Positions 8,182 to 17,778 of a stretch of 64,000 nt of DNA are shown here, in pieces; positions within the stretch are counted from its first letter, which is position 1, and each line of letters begins with the position of its first letter. The stretch comes from an uncultured delta proteobacterium. Lineage in GTDB: Bacteria; Myxococcota_A; UBA9160; SMWR01. A program made the position numbers and the translations under genes. The stretch spans positions 512,001 to 576,000 of the forward strand of contig CAWHTE010000011.1 in the NCBI GenBank assembly GCA_963832165.1, read 5' to 3'. The notes below the pieces were generated by a model. That model worked only from the letters and a program-made list of their open reading frames with translations, was not told where the DNA came from and searched no databases.

Positions 8182-9993
8182 ATGACGTTCGCGATCGCCC
8201 GACACATCCAGCGCGTCTCGCGCGAGAACCCGGCGCTCGTGCTGCGCTTCGCCGCGACCTCGCTCGGCCGCACCGCGCTCGCGATGGCGTCGATCCTGCT
8301 GATCCGCGAGTACCTCGAGCTCGCGGGCGCGCTAGGCGCCGGTACGGCGCTGGCGGTGGTCGCGCTGCTGTTCATCGCGTGCAGCATCGGCGGGAGCGTT
8401 CTCAACTACGACAACAACGTGGCTCAGCAGCGGCTCGTCAAGGTCGTCGAGCTGGGCATGATGGAGCGCCTGATCCGGCACCTGCTCGGGCTCTCGGTGC
8501 CGTTCTTCGACTCGCGCAGCCATGGCGACGTGATCACGGCGATCCGGCAGGACGTGACGAACCTGCGCGTCGCCACGCTCGCGCTCGGCAAGATCATTCT
8601 CGAGGGGCCGATGGCCGCGGGCCTGATCCTCACCGCGTTCTGGCTCTCCCCGCGGCTCGCATTCTGGTCGCTGCTCGCGCTCCCGCTCGCGGTGGTGCCG
8701 CTCGTGAAGATCGCTCAGCGCATCCTCGCGCGTTCGTTTGCGGTTCGGCGCAGCGGCTACGTGCTGTTCGACGCGATCCTCGAGCTCATGCGCGGTATCC
8801 GCATCATCAAGGCCTATCACGGCGAGGATCGCGAGGCGGGCGCGGCGATCGAAAAGGGTCGCGAGTACTTCGACCAGCTGATCGACCTGACGCGCGTGGA
8901 GTCGCTGTCGACGGTGGTGCTCGAATCGCTCGGGGGCCTCTCGATCGTGGTGGTGATCATCGTGGGTGGCCTCGAGGTGATGCAGAACACGCTCGGCTGG
9001 CCGTCGCTGCTCGCCTTCGTGATGGCGTTGCGCGCGCTGTTCGGGCCGCTCAACAACCTCAACCTGAACTGGATGCTGATGCAGCGACAGGGCGCCGGCG
9101 TGGCGCGGATCGACGAGCTGCTCGCCGAGCGACCGCAGATCGAGGACGCTCCGGACGCGGTGGTGCTCGCGGGCGCCCCGGGCTCGATCGCGCTCGACAA
9201 CGTCTCGTTCAGCTACGGCGAGAAGACGATCCTCGACAGCGTCACGATCGAGGTGAAGGCGGGCGAGAAGATCGGGATCACGGGGCCCTCGGGCGTCGGC
9301 AAGACGACGCTCTTGAACCTGATCGCGCGCTTCTACGACCCGAGCAGCGGGGCCGTCCGCTACGACGGGCGCGATCTCCGCGAGTACACGGTGGAGTCGG
9401 TCTACCGGCAGATCGCGATCGTCACGCAGGAGCCGCTGCTCTTCGCCGCGACCATTCGCGACAACATCCGCTGTGGGCGTCCCGAGGCGAGCGATGGCGA
9501 GGTGGAGGCCGCGGCGCGCGCGGCCGAGGTGCACGAAGAGATTACGGTGCTGCCGGCGGGCTACGACACGATCGTGGGCGTGGGCGGGCGCCGTCTCTCG
9601 GGCGGACAGGCGCAGCGCATCAACATCGCGCGAGCGCTGCTCAAGGACGCCGGCATCCTGCTGCTCGACGAGCCCACCTCGAGCCTCGACTCGATCTCCG
9701 ACGTGCGCGTGCGCCGCGCCCTCGCGCGGCTGATGCGGGGACCGACCACGTTCCTCGTCTCGCACCGCCTGTCCACGATCGGCGACGCCGACCGAATCCT
9801 CGTGCTCGAGCGCGGCCGCATCGCGGGTCTCGGCACGCACGACGAGCTGCTCGCGTCGTGCCCGCTCTACCGGTCGATCTGGGATGCCCACCAGCTCGGG
9901 GAGGAGTCCACGCCGGCTCGTCCACCCGTGGAGCTGGGCGAGGACCCGCTCGAAACCGGGCTCCTGACCCCCGACATGGAGCTTCTGCGTTAG
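8182..9993 (+). CDS. ABC exporter, fused permease and ATPase (MsbA-like)
   Basis: N-terminal transmembrane domain; Walker A GPSGVGKT, LSGGQ signature, LLLDEPT, SHRLST; ATG at 8182. Confidence 0.9.
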   Translation: MTFAIARHIQRVSRENPALVLRFAATSLGRTALAMASILLIREYLELAGALGAGTALAVVALLFIACSIGGSVLNYDNNVAQQRLVKVVELGMMERLIRHLLGLSVPFFDSRSHGDVITAIRQDVTNLRVATLALGKIILEGPMAAGLILTAFWLSPRLAFWSLLALPLAVVPLVKIAQRILARSFAVRRSGYVLFDAILELMRGIRIIKAYHGEDREAGAAIEKGREYFDQLIDLTRVESLSTVVLESLGGLSIVVVIIVGGLEVMQNTLGWPSLLAFVMALRALFGPLNNLNLNWMLMQRQGAGVARIDELLAERPQIEDAPDAVVLAGAPGSIALDNVSFSYGEKTILDSVTIEVKAGEKIGITGPSGVGKTTLLNLIARFYDPSSGAVRYDGRDLREYTVESVYRQIAIVTQEPLLFAATIRDNIRCGRPEASDGEVEAAARAAEVHEEITVLPAGYDTIVGVGGRRLSGGQAQRINIARALLKDAGILLLDEPTSSLDSISDVRVRRALARLMRGPTTFLVSHRLSTIGDADRILVLERGRIAGLGTHDELLASCPLYRSIWDAHQLGEESTPARPPVELGEDPLETGLLTPDMELLR

Positions 9994-9997
9994 GCGG

Positions 9998-11125
9998 TCA
10001 GCCCGCCATCGAGTCGAGCATTCGTAGATCCCAGCTCGCGGGGTCGAGCAGCGCGTGCGCGCCGAGCGACCACTCGGCCTCGCCGCTCGCGCGCGTCGCG
10101 CGGACCAGCGCGCACGGTCCGCCGCGCACGCCGCGCACGCCGCGCGCGGGCTCGAGCGGCTCGAAGCCGCGCTCTGCCAGCAGCGCCCGCTCGTGCGGCG
10201 AGATGCGGGCCCCCCACGCCACGAGCTCTGCGAAGCGCCCCGTGTCGATCGCCGCCGCGAGCAGCTCCGCGCGCACGCGCGCGTCGCTGCCTTCGAGATC
10301 GGCGATGCAGACGCGCGGTGTCGGGTGGAGGCGCATCTTCTGTGCGCGCAGCACCAGATAGCCGTCGAGACGCTCGCCCTGCGCGCGATAGAGGAAGCGG
10401 TACTCGTACATCGGGTTGGCGAAACGCCACGCGAGGTACTCGCGCGAGCGCACGTGGCGCAGCCGACCGTCGTGACCGCGCCGCGCGCAGAGCTCGGCCA
10501 TCGCATCGGGCCGCGGCTCGCGCGCGATCGCCACGCCGGAGGGGGAGGGCGCGGCGTCGAGCCGGCGGAACGGCCGGCGCTCGTCGGCAGAGCGCACGAG
10601 CCCGGACCAACGCCACAGCACGGGCATGTTGCGGATCCGCTCGCGCACGGCCGCACGGCGGTGGACGCCGGGCTCGCGCCGAACCATAGGCTCGTGCTTG
10701 CCCGCGCTCTTCCAGCCCTGCGCGAGCGATCCGAGCAGCGTGACCGAGCCCGCGCTCAGGCTGAACACGTAGTCGACGCCCTCGGCGGCGAGATCCGCGA
10801 GCGCGGCACGCATGATCTGCGCCACGAGGCCCGTGTTGCGCTCACCGGCGGCGATCGCCTGATCGTCCGCGAGCGGCACGGCGACCACGCGCACGGGCGT
10901 CCCCACCTCCCAGCGCGACTCGTAGAAGCCGCGCATGCCCACCACGACTCCGTCGCGCAGCCCGAGATAGATCCGCGGCGCAGTCGCCCACGGGTTCGCC
11001 TCGTACTTCCACTCGAGATAGCGCCGATTCGCCGCGGGATCGGGGCTCCATAGAACCGTCTGGAGCTGCGCCACCGCTTCCTTGTGCTCGGACCGGTAGC
11101 GCGTGATCTCGAGCGCACCGCTCAT
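9998..11125 (-). CDS. GNAT-fold acyltransferase (probably tandem GNAT)
   Basis: YLEWKYEANP, RNTGLVAQIM, RSREYLAWRFANP; ATG overlaps the carrier-protein stop. Confidence 0.7.
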   Translation of the reverse strand: MSGALEITRYRSEHKEAVAQLQTVLWSPDPAANRRYLEWKYEANPWATAPRIYLGLRDGVVVGMRGFYESRWEVGTPVRVVAVPLADDQAIAAGERNTGLVAQIMRAALADLAAEGVDYVFSLSAGSVTLLGSLAQGWKSAGKHEPMVRREPGVHRRAAVRERIRNMPVLWRWSGLVRSADERRPFRRLDAAPSPSGVAIAREPRPDAMAELCARRGHDGRLRHVRSREYLAWRFANPMYEYRFLYRAQGERLDGYLVLRAQKMRLHPTPRVCIADLEGSDARVRAELLAAAIDTGRFAELVAWGARISPHERALLAERGFEPLEPARGVRGVRGGPCALVRATRASGEAEWSLGAHALLDPASWDLRMLDSMAG

Positions 11126-11376
11126 GGGCGCGCCGCCAGGCGCGCGTCCACGAACGCCACGATGTCGCTCACGCTGGCCCACTCCTGCGCGAGGTCGAAG
11201 GTCGTTGGGTCGATCGGTGCCCCCGTGCGCTCCTCGATCCAGAGCACCAGGTTGAACAGCGCGAGCGAGTCGAGGAGCTCGCACTCGAACAGTCGCACCG
11301 CGTCGCACACGTCCTCGGGCAATTCGACGCCCTGATCGGCCAGGAACGCCAGCAGGTCGTCGCGGAGCGACACCAC
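11122..11376 (-). CDS. Acyl/aminoacyl carrier protein
   Basis: 84 aa acidic protein with phosphopantetheine site LLDSL. Confidence 0.85.
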   Translation of the reverse strand: MVSLRDDLLAFLADQGVELPEDVCDAVRLFECELLDSLALFNLVLWIEERTGAPIDPTTFDLAQEWASVSDIVAFVDARLAARP

Positions 11377-11382
11377 GCAGCG

Positions 11383-12909
11383 TCAGCGGCCCGCGCTGGT
11401 GCGGCGCCCGGGCAGTCGCGTCTGCGGGAGCTCGGCGCAGCGGCGCCCGACCTCCTCGCGGTTGACCTTGCCGCGCGAGGTGCGCGGGATCTCGTCGAGC
11501 AGGTACCAGCGCTGCGGGAGCTGGTGGACCGCGAGATGGTGCGCGCACCAGGCCTCGAGGCGCGCGAGCACTTCGTCGGAGCGCGAGTCCAGCACCACGG
11601 CGATCCCGACGCTCTCGCCGTGCAGAGCGTCCGGGTACGCGAACGTGCATACGTCGCGCGTCGCCTCGAAGCGCTCCACCACCGAGTCGATGTCGCCCGG
11701 GTAGATCTTCATGCCGCCCTTGTTGATCTCCTCGCGCTCGCGGCCGCGCAGATAGAGCCGACCGCGCTCGTCGACGAGCCCGATGTCGCCCGTCATGAAC
11801 CAGCCCTGGCTCACCACCTGATCGGTCAGGTCGGGGCGGTCGAGGTAGCCCTTCATGAGCGCCGGTGTGTTGACCCACACGTAGCCCGGCTGTCCGGCGG
11901 GACAGGGGTCCACGACACCCGGCGGTGTCGCGGGGTCGCGCGTCGGGAGCACGCGGATCACTCCGCCCCAGACCTCGCCCACGAGTCCGTCCTCGGGCTC
12001 GAATTCGGCGAGCGTGGTGCCCGCGAGCCAGCTCCCGGTCTCGGTGATCCCGTACGCGTTCCACACCTCGCGCGCTCCGGTCCACTCCTGGATCGACCGC
12101 CACAGCGCCGCCGAGAGCGGCGCCGATCCGCAGAACACGCGCTGCACCGACCGGGCTGCGGGCGGCCGCGCCGTCTTGAGCGCGAGCCGCCACACGGACG
12201 GCACCGAGGAGAGGAAGGTGATGGCGTGGCGGTCGAGCAGCGCGCCGAGCTGGAGCAGGAGGTCGGCGCGGAACGGCGGCAGGATGTAGAGGTCCTGCTC
12301 GAACAGCCACGGGAACAGGCTGTTGCACACGAGCCCGTGCCCGAAGTGAGTCGGCAAGAGGCATAGCGTGCGCCGGAACGCCTCGAGACCGAGGCTCTGA
12401 CGCAGCGTGATCCAGCGCGCGCGCAGCGAGCGGTGGGTGTGGACGACGCCTTTGGGCTGGCCCGTGGTGCCCGAGGTGAACAGGATCAGTGCGTCGTCGT
12501 CGAGCGCGATCCGGCTCGGCGGCGCCGCCCCCTGTGCGCTGCCCGGCTCTTCCTCGACCGCCGCGATCGCGACGCCGAGCCCCTCGAGCGATCGGGACAG
12601 CGCTGCATCGGGCGCCTGCTCCCACACCGAGATGCGCGGCTGCGCGGCGCGCGCGAGCGTCTCCACCTCGAACGCGGTCATGCGGCCGTCGACCGGAACT
12701 GCGCAGGCGCCGAGGCGCCAGATCGCGAGCAGGTCGGCGAAGAATTCGGGGCGATTGCCGTAGTGGAGAAACGCGCGCCCTCCGCGCTCGAGGCCTAGCC
12801 CCGCGAATCGGGCCATGCGCCGCTCGCAGCGCGCGAGCACCTCGTCGGGCTCCCAGACACGGTCGGCGAGGGGATCGACGAGGCGCCCCAGGCGCGAATC
12901 GGCCAGCAC
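11383..12909 (-). CDS. AMP-dependent ligase (class I adenylate-forming enzyme)
   Basis: FTSGTTGQPKG, YGITE, TGD, GR..EINKGG.K, PRTSRGK; GTG at 12909 after GGAGGGG. Confidence 0.88.
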   Translation of the reverse strand: MLADSRLGRLVDPLADRVWEPDEVLARCERRMARFAGLGLERGGRAFLHYGNRPEFFADLLAIWRLGACAVPVDGRMTAFEVETLARAAQPRISVWEQAPDAALSRSLEGLGVAIAAVEEEPGSAQGAAPPSRIALDDDALILFTSGTTGQPKGVVHTHRSLRARWITLRQSLGLEAFRRTLCLLPTHFGHGLVCNSLFPWLFEQDLYILPPFRADLLLQLGALLDRHAITFLSSVPSVWRLALKTARPPAARSVQRVFCGSAPLSAALWRSIQEWTGAREVWNAYGITETGSWLAGTTLAEFEPEDGLVGEVWGGVIRVLPTRDPATPPGVVDPCPAGQPGYVWVNTPALMKGYLDRPDLTDQVVSQGWFMTGDIGLVDERGRLYLRGREREEINKGGMKIYPGDIDSVVERFEATRDVCTFAYPDALHGESVGIAVVLDSRSDEVLARLEAWCAHHLAVHQLPQRWYLLDEIPRTSRGKVNREEVGRRCAELPQTRLPGRRTSAGR

Positions 12910-13011
12910 ACGAACCCCTCCCGCCCCATCATCGGCAGAACCGTCCAGGGGCGCTGAACTACCCCAGGCTCTACGATGCCCCATTCTTCCATTCCGAGAG
13001 ATGCGCCGCAC

Positions 13012-13452
13012 ATGGATCAAGACACCGCGATCGCGTCGGTCGGGCATGCGATCCAGCTCTCGGTTGCGCCCGTCTTCCTGCTGTCGGGCATCGGCGCGAT
13101 GCTCGCGGTGATGACCAACCGCATGTCGCGGATCGTCGACCGCGGTCGCATCCACGAGGCGCGGCTCGCGAATGCGGCCCCCGAAGAGGCGGTCGCGCTG
13201 CACGACAGCCTCGCCGTGCTGTCGCGGCGCGCCAAGCTCATGAACCGGGCGATCACGCTGTGCACGATCACGGCACTGTTCGTGTGCTCGGTGGTGGCCA
13301 CGCTGTTCGTCGGCGTGTTCTTCGAGTTCAATACCGCGCTGCCGGTGGCGGTGCTGTTCGTGTTGGCGATGGCGACATTCTTCACCGCGCTCCTGTTCTT
13401 CCTGCGCGAGATCTTCGTCGCGACGGCGAGCCTGCGGATCGGAGCCCAATAG
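13012..13452 (+). CDS. DUF2721 family membrane protein
   Basis: IQLSVAPVFLLSGIG..TNRMSRIVDR, three transmembrane segments, FLREI. Confidence 0.85.
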   Translation: MDQDTAIASVGHAIQLSVAPVFLLSGIGAMLAVMTNRMSRIVDRGRIHEARLANAAPEEAVALHDSLAVLSRRAKLMNRAITLCTITALFVCSVVATLFVGVFFEFNTALPVAVLFVLAMATFFTALLFFLREIFVATASLRIGAQ

Positions 13453-13456
13453 GGGT

Positions 13457-14356
13457 GTGTCGGAAGGCGCGACCCTTCCGCTAGGATCCGCCGACGCCCG
13501 CGCCCCTTGCGACTCCCGTTTGTCACACCCCGAGCCGACCCTCGAACCGTCCAGCGAGCCCGCGGCGATCTTTCGCCGTGAGGGTGAGCTGCTCGTGCCC
13601 TCGCTGCTCGCGCAGGGACCGTGGAACCCGGAGCATCTGCACGGCGGGCCGATCTGCGGCGTGATCGCGCGCGCGATCGAGGCCTGCGAGAGCCCGGTGC
13701 CGATGCGCGTCGCACGCATGACCGTCGAGATGACGCGCGCGGTGTCGATGGCGCCGTTCGCGGTGCGCGCCGAGGTGACGCGCGCAGGCCGGCGGATCCA
13801 GCAGATCGACGCGCGCATCGAAGCCCGCGGTCAGACCCTCGTGCGCGCGACGGTGCTGCGCGTGCGCGTGGCCGAGGTCGATCCGGCGCTGCGCATCGCG
13901 GTCGCCGAGCCCGTGCCCGAGCGCGCACCGGGTCCGCCGCGCGACCCCGAGCTCATGCGCGTGTTCGCGCCCGGCTTCGTCCGCTCGCTCGATTTCATGC
14001 GCACGCGCGTGGCCACGCGCGAGAGCGGCGGCGTGACGTGGGCGCGTCTGCGCGTTCCGCTCGTGGAGGGCGAGGCCCTGACGCCGTTCGTGCGGCTGGC
14101 CACGCTGTGCGACTTCGCGAGCGGCACCGGCAACGCGCTCGACTTCACGCGGTTCACCTCGATCAACCCCGATCTCTCGCTCCACGTGCTGCGCGCGCCG
14201 CGCGGCGAGTGGATCGGGATCACCGCGCACAGCGGCATCGAATCCGATGGCATCGGGCAATCGCACGCGACGCTGTTCGACGGCGAGGGAGCGATCGCGC
14301 GCGCGCTCGTGTCGCTGCTCGTGGAGCGCCGGGCCGGAGCCGGGGACCCGCCTTAG
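13457..14356 (+). CDS. Acyl-CoA thioesterase-like (double hot-dog) protein; start uncertain
   Basis: GPWNPEHLHGGP, DFASG, SINPDLSLH. Confidence 0.82.
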   Translation: MSEGATLPLGSADARAPCDSRLSHPEPTLEPSSEPAAIFRREGELLVPSLLAQGPWNPEHLHGGPICGVIARAIEACESPVPMRVARMTVEMTRAVSMAPFAVRAEVTRAGRRIQQIDARIEARGQTLVRATVLRVRVAEVDPALRIAVAEPVPERAPGPPRDPELMRVFAPGFVRSLDFMRTRVATRESGGVTWARLRVPLVEGEALTPFVRLATLCDFASGTGNALDFTRFTSINPDLSLHVLRAPRGEWIGITAHSGIESDGIGQSHATLFDGEGAIARALVSLLVERRAGAGDPP

Positions 14357-14394
14357 CGCGCGGTGTGACATTCCCTCGCAGCGCGAGCGACGCG

Positions 14395-14407
14395 TGCACT
14401 TTGTACA
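14395..14407 (+). promoter_or_regulatory. Putative enhancer-binding-protein site
   Basis: TGCA-ctttg-TACA centred about 90 bp upstream of the predicted start of transcription. Confidence 0.5.
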
Positions 14408-14464
14408 AGACGCGAAGGAAGAGCCAGTTTGCGCAGGCGTACGTATCCCACGGCGGCGCTTCAC

Positions 14465-14480
14465 TGGCACGTCGCTTGCG
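14465..14480 (+). promoter_or_regulatory. Sigma54 (-24/-12) promoter
   Basis: TGGCACG-TCGC-TTGCG. Confidence 0.8.
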
Positions 14481-14493
14481 TTGCGAGCGGCCC

Positions 14494-14932
14494 ATGGGCA
14501 TCTCGAAAATGTCGAAGATCGAGGCGTCGATCGAGGTCGACGTCCCGGCGCAGACGGCGTACGAGTATTGGAGCCGTTTCGAGGAGATCCCGATCTTCAT
14601 GCAAGGCGTGGAGTGCGTTCGCCAGCTCGACGAGCGTCGCTTGTGCTGGCGCGCGGAGGTCGGCGGCGAAGTGCTCGAGTGGGAAGCCGAGATCACTGAG
14701 CTGATTCCCGCCAAGCGAATCGCGTGGCGGAGCCTCAACGGCGTCCTCCAGGCGGGTGCGGCTTCGTTCTTCTCGCTCGACGACGAGCGATGCCGCGTGG
14801 CGCTGGAGGTGAACTACCGGCCCGAGGGCGTCGTAGAGACCGTGGAGGACTGGCTCGGCGTGATGAGCCTGCGCACGGCCGGCGACCTCGATCGGTTTCA
14901 AGAAGTGGATCGAAGAGCAGGAGGCTCTTTGA
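14494..14932 (+). CDS. SRPBCC / cyclase-dehydrase family protein, with a probable extra T near 14896
   Basis: IEASIEVDVP..AYEYWSRFE..P.FM, WEAEITE..P.KRIAWRS; removing one T gives the typical end DLDRFKKWIEEQEAL*. Confidence 0.8.
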
Positions 14933-15813
14933 ACCTCATCGTGCTTCCCAGCGACGGTCTGGCCCCCATCCTGCGCGCGTTGCGCAAGGCCAAGGAGTCC
15001 GTGCGCATCACGCTCTTCCGCTGCGATCTCCCCGAGGTGGAGAAGGCGCTCGCCGCGGCCGTGGCGCGCGGTGTGGCGGTGCACGCGCTCATCGCGCAGA
15101 CCAATCGCGCGGGCGAGAAGCTGCTGCGCAAGCTGGAGCTGCGCCTGCTCGAGGGCGGCATCACCGTATCGCGCACCGCGGACGACCTCGTGCGCTATCA
15201 CAACAAGATGCTCGTGATCGACGAGCGCGTGCTGTTCGTGTTCGGCTTCAACTTCACCCGGCTCGATCTCAGCAAGCGGCGCAGCATGGCGATCGTCACG
15301 CGCAAGCGGCCGCTCGTGGCCGAGGCGCTCGAGCTGTTCGAAGCGGACGTCGCGCGTCAGGAGTTTGCCCCCGGGAAGCCCAAGCTCGTGATCAGCCCCG
15401 TGAACGCGCGCGCGCGAATCGAGAAGCTGGTCGGGTCGGCTCGACGCTCGCTGCGCATCTACGATCCGCAGGCGATCGATGCCGCGATGCTGCGCCTGCT
15501 CCAGAAGAAGGCGGCCGCCGGAGTGGACGTGCGCATCATCGGCAAGGTCGGAAAGTCCGGGCGCGGGCTGCGCGTGGAGGCGCTTCCGTCGATGGGCGTG
15601 CACCTGCGCGCGATCCTGCGCGACGACATCGAGCTGTTCGTGGGAAGCCAGGGGCTGCGATCGATCGAGCTCGACCGGCGCCGCGAGCTCGGGATCATCG
15701 TGCGCGACCGCGGCGCGATCAAACACTTCCGCGGCGTGTTCGATGACGATTGGGCGACGACGAAGTCCGGGCGCGAGGAGCGCAAGGAGCGCAAGGAGCG
15801 CAAGGCCGCGTGA
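14929..15813 (+). CDS. Phospholipase D-superfamily protein
   Basis: HNKMLVID (HKD) plus degenerate HLRAILRD; AGGAGG precedes TTG at 14929. Confidence 0.8.
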   Translation: MNLIVLPSDGLAPILRALRKAKESVRITLFRCDLPEVEKALAAAVARGVAVHALIAQTNRAGEKLLRKLELRLLEGGITVSRTADDLVRYHNKMLVIDERVLFVFGFNFTRLDLSKRRSMAIVTRKRPLVAEALELFEADVARQEFAPGKPKLVISPVNARARIEKLVGSARRSLRIYDPQAIDAAMLRLLQKKAAAGVDVRIIGKVGKSGRGLRVEALPSMGVHLRAILRDDIELFVGSQGLRSIELDRRRELGIIVRDRGAIKHFRGVFDDDWATTKSGREERKERKERKAA

Positions 15814-15825
15814 TACGCGCCGACG

Positions 15826-16548
15826 TCAGACGGTGAGCATCGGGCACGGAGTACTGCGCACGACGCGCCGGACCAGATTACTCGCGCGCGCCTCCTTCGC
15901 CTCGGAGCACCAGCGGCTGCCGAGCGCGATGAAGTGGGCTTCCTGACAGCGCGCCACGCCGCCGATCAGCTCGGGCGCCCAGATCGGCTGCACGATCGGT
16001 GAGACGAGCAGCTCTGGCCCGGCGAGCTCTCGCGCGAGCTGCTCGATCCACGGGTGATTCTCGAGCTGCATCGAGGCCGTGATCTGCGCCCACGGGCGCT
16101 TCGCGGCCATCTCCGCGGGATGCATCTCCAGACCGTGAACCAGGAACAGCCGCGCTCGCGAGCGCGACTCGCGCAGGATCGACGCGGTCGCGTGGGCAGC
16201 GCTCTGCGCTTCGTGCGCGGGATCCACTCCCACGATCGCGACCCTGCACTCGGCCGCGGCCGATGCCGCCCACGGCTGAACCGTCCACACCGGACACGGC
16301 GCGCGCCGCATCAGCGCGGCGCGTTCGCCATCGATGTCGACGGAGTCGCCCTCGCAGCGCAGTCCGCTCGCGATCCACGTCACGTCTTCCTTGCCCGCGA
16401 TGTCGAGGACGATCGTTGTCGGGGCGCCGCGGGGCGCGGTGATCGAACGCGCGCCGCGCACGCGCGCGAAGCTCTCGGCCCACTGCGCGACGGACTCTGC
16501 TGAATCTGTCCCGTCGTCGACTACGAGTATCGAGCGCTGCTTGGTCAC
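15826..16548 (-). CDS. Universal stress protein (tandem, degenerate)
   Basis: ILVVDDGT, LMRRAPCPVWTV, IVGVD, VVRSTPCPMLTV. Confidence 0.72.
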   Translation of the reverse strand: MTKQRSILVVDDGTDSAESVAQWAESFARVRGARSITAPRGAPTTIVLDIAGKEDVTWIASGLRCEGDSVDIDGERAALMRRAPCPVWTVQPWAASAAAECRVAIVGVDPAHEAQSAAHATASILRESRSRARLFLVHGLEMHPAEMAAKRPWAQITASMQLENHPWIEQLARELAGPELLVSPIVQPIWAPELIGGVARCQEAHFIALGSRWCSEAKEARASNLVRRVVRSTPCPMLTV

Positions 16549-16560
16549 GAGCTAGCCGAA

Positions 16561-16576
16561 AGCATAATTCGTGCCG
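16561..16576 (-). promoter_or_regulatory. Sigma54 (-24/-12) promoter of the USP gene
   Basis: CGGCACG-AATT-ATGCT. Confidence 0.7.
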
Positions 16577-16633
16577 CTAGTCGAACCCGCGTGGCCGCGC
16601 TTCGAACTCTGGTACGGCCCTGGGATAGCGACA

Positions 16634-16665
16634 CGCAAGTTCTACAAGCCATGCACCTTCTTGCA
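16634..16665 (-). promoter_or_regulatory. Putative enhancer-binding-protein sites
   Basis: CGCA-agttc-TACA (16634-16646, centred about -90) plus TGCA-N6-TGCA (16652-16665). Confidence 0.45.
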
Positions 16666-16710
16666 GAGGTCCCCGGCGGGCTGCCACGGCTTCGCTAGCC
16701 TGCTCCCCCT

Positions 16711-17742
16711 GTGGCGGAACCGCTTCACATCAAGGACCACTCGATCGAGCACCTGCGCGAGCGGCTCGCGGAGGCCGGGGAGCGCCCGTATCGCGCCGAT
16801 CAGATCGCGGCGTGGCTGTACCGGCGCGGGATCGAGGATCCCGAGCAGATGACCGACCTCGGCGCCGAGCTGCGCGCGCGGCTCGCGGGGGAGTGGCAGC
16901 TCTCGGCGCTCGACGTGGAGCGTGTCGACCGCTCGGTGGACGGCACCTGCAAGGCCGCGCTCGTGGCGCGGGACGGCGCGCGCATCGAGTCGGTGCTGAT
17001 TCCGGAAGACGATCGCATGACGCTGTGCGTGTCCACGCAGGTGGGCTGCGCGATGGCGTGCGATTTCTGCGCGACCGGATTCATGGGCTTCTCGCGCAAC
17101 CTGCGCGCGGCCGAGATCGTCGATCAGGTGTGCCGCATGCGCGCGCTCTCCCCCGAACGCGCGATCAGCAACGTCGTGTTCATGGGGATGGGCGAGCCGC
17201 TGTTGAATCTGGACGCGGTGGTCGAGGCGATCCGTCTGCTGATCCACCCGAAGGCGTTCGCGATTGCCCCCCGACGCGTCACGGTGTCGACGGTCGGACT
17301 CGTGCCGAAGATCGCCGAGCTGCTCTCGCTCGTGCCCGTGAACCTCGCGGTGTCGCTGCACGCCACCACCGACGCCGTGCGCGACCGTCTCGTGCCGCTG
17401 AACCGCCGTTATCCGCTCGCGGAGCTGCTCGGCACCCTGCGCGGGCTCCCCACGGTCACGGCGCGGCGCCCGGTGTTCTTCGAGTACACGCTGATCGAGG
17501 GCGTGAACGACAGCGAAGACGACGCGAACCGGCTGCCGGGGCTGCTCCACGGCATCCCGTCGAAGCTCAATCTGATCCCGATGAATCCGCACCCGGACAG
17601 TCCGTTGCGCCCGCCCAGCGACGCAGTGATCGACGCGTTCCTGCGCGTGCTGGCCCGGCGCGGCATGACCGTTACACTGCGCCGCAGCCGCGGCCCCGAC
17701 ATCCAGGCAGCGTGCGGGCAGCTGGCCCTGCGGCCGGCATAG
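16711..17742 (+). CDS. rlmN: 23S rRNA m2A2503 / tRNA m2A37 radical-SAM methyltransferase
   Basis: CVSTQVGCAMACDFCATG, FMGMGEP, SLHA, AACGQL. Confidence 0.96.
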   Translation: MAEPLHIKDHSIEHLRERLAEAGERPYRADQIAAWLYRRGIEDPEQMTDLGAELRARLAGEWQLSALDVERVDRSVDGTCKAALVARDGARIESVLIPEDDRMTLCVSTQVGCAMACDFCATGFMGFSRNLRAAEIVDQVCRMRALSPERAISNVVFMGMGEPLLNLDAVVEAIRLLIHPKAFAIAPRRVTVSTVGLVPKIAELLSLVPVNLAVSLHATTDAVRDRLVPLNRRYPLAELLGTLRGLPTVTARRPVFFEYTLIEGVNDSEDDANRLPGLLHGIPSKLNLIPMNPHPDSPLRPPSDAVIDAFLRVLARRGMTVTLRRSRGPDIQAACGQLALRPA

Positions 17743-17778
17743 CAAGGGCAAACGCAGAGCGCGCCGACGAGGTGGGAC

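Noticed and set aside
14364..14380. CRP/FNR-like site TGTGA...TCGCA
   Set aside because: The spacer is 7 nt rather than 6, and there is only one imperfect instance.
14494..15813. Apparent novel SRPBCC-phospholipase D fusion protein
   Set aside because: Removing one T in CGGTTTCAAG restores the typical end RFKKWIEEQEAL*. That stop overlaps a TTG start (TTGA) preceded by AGGAGG, so two coupled genes with an indel error is more likely.
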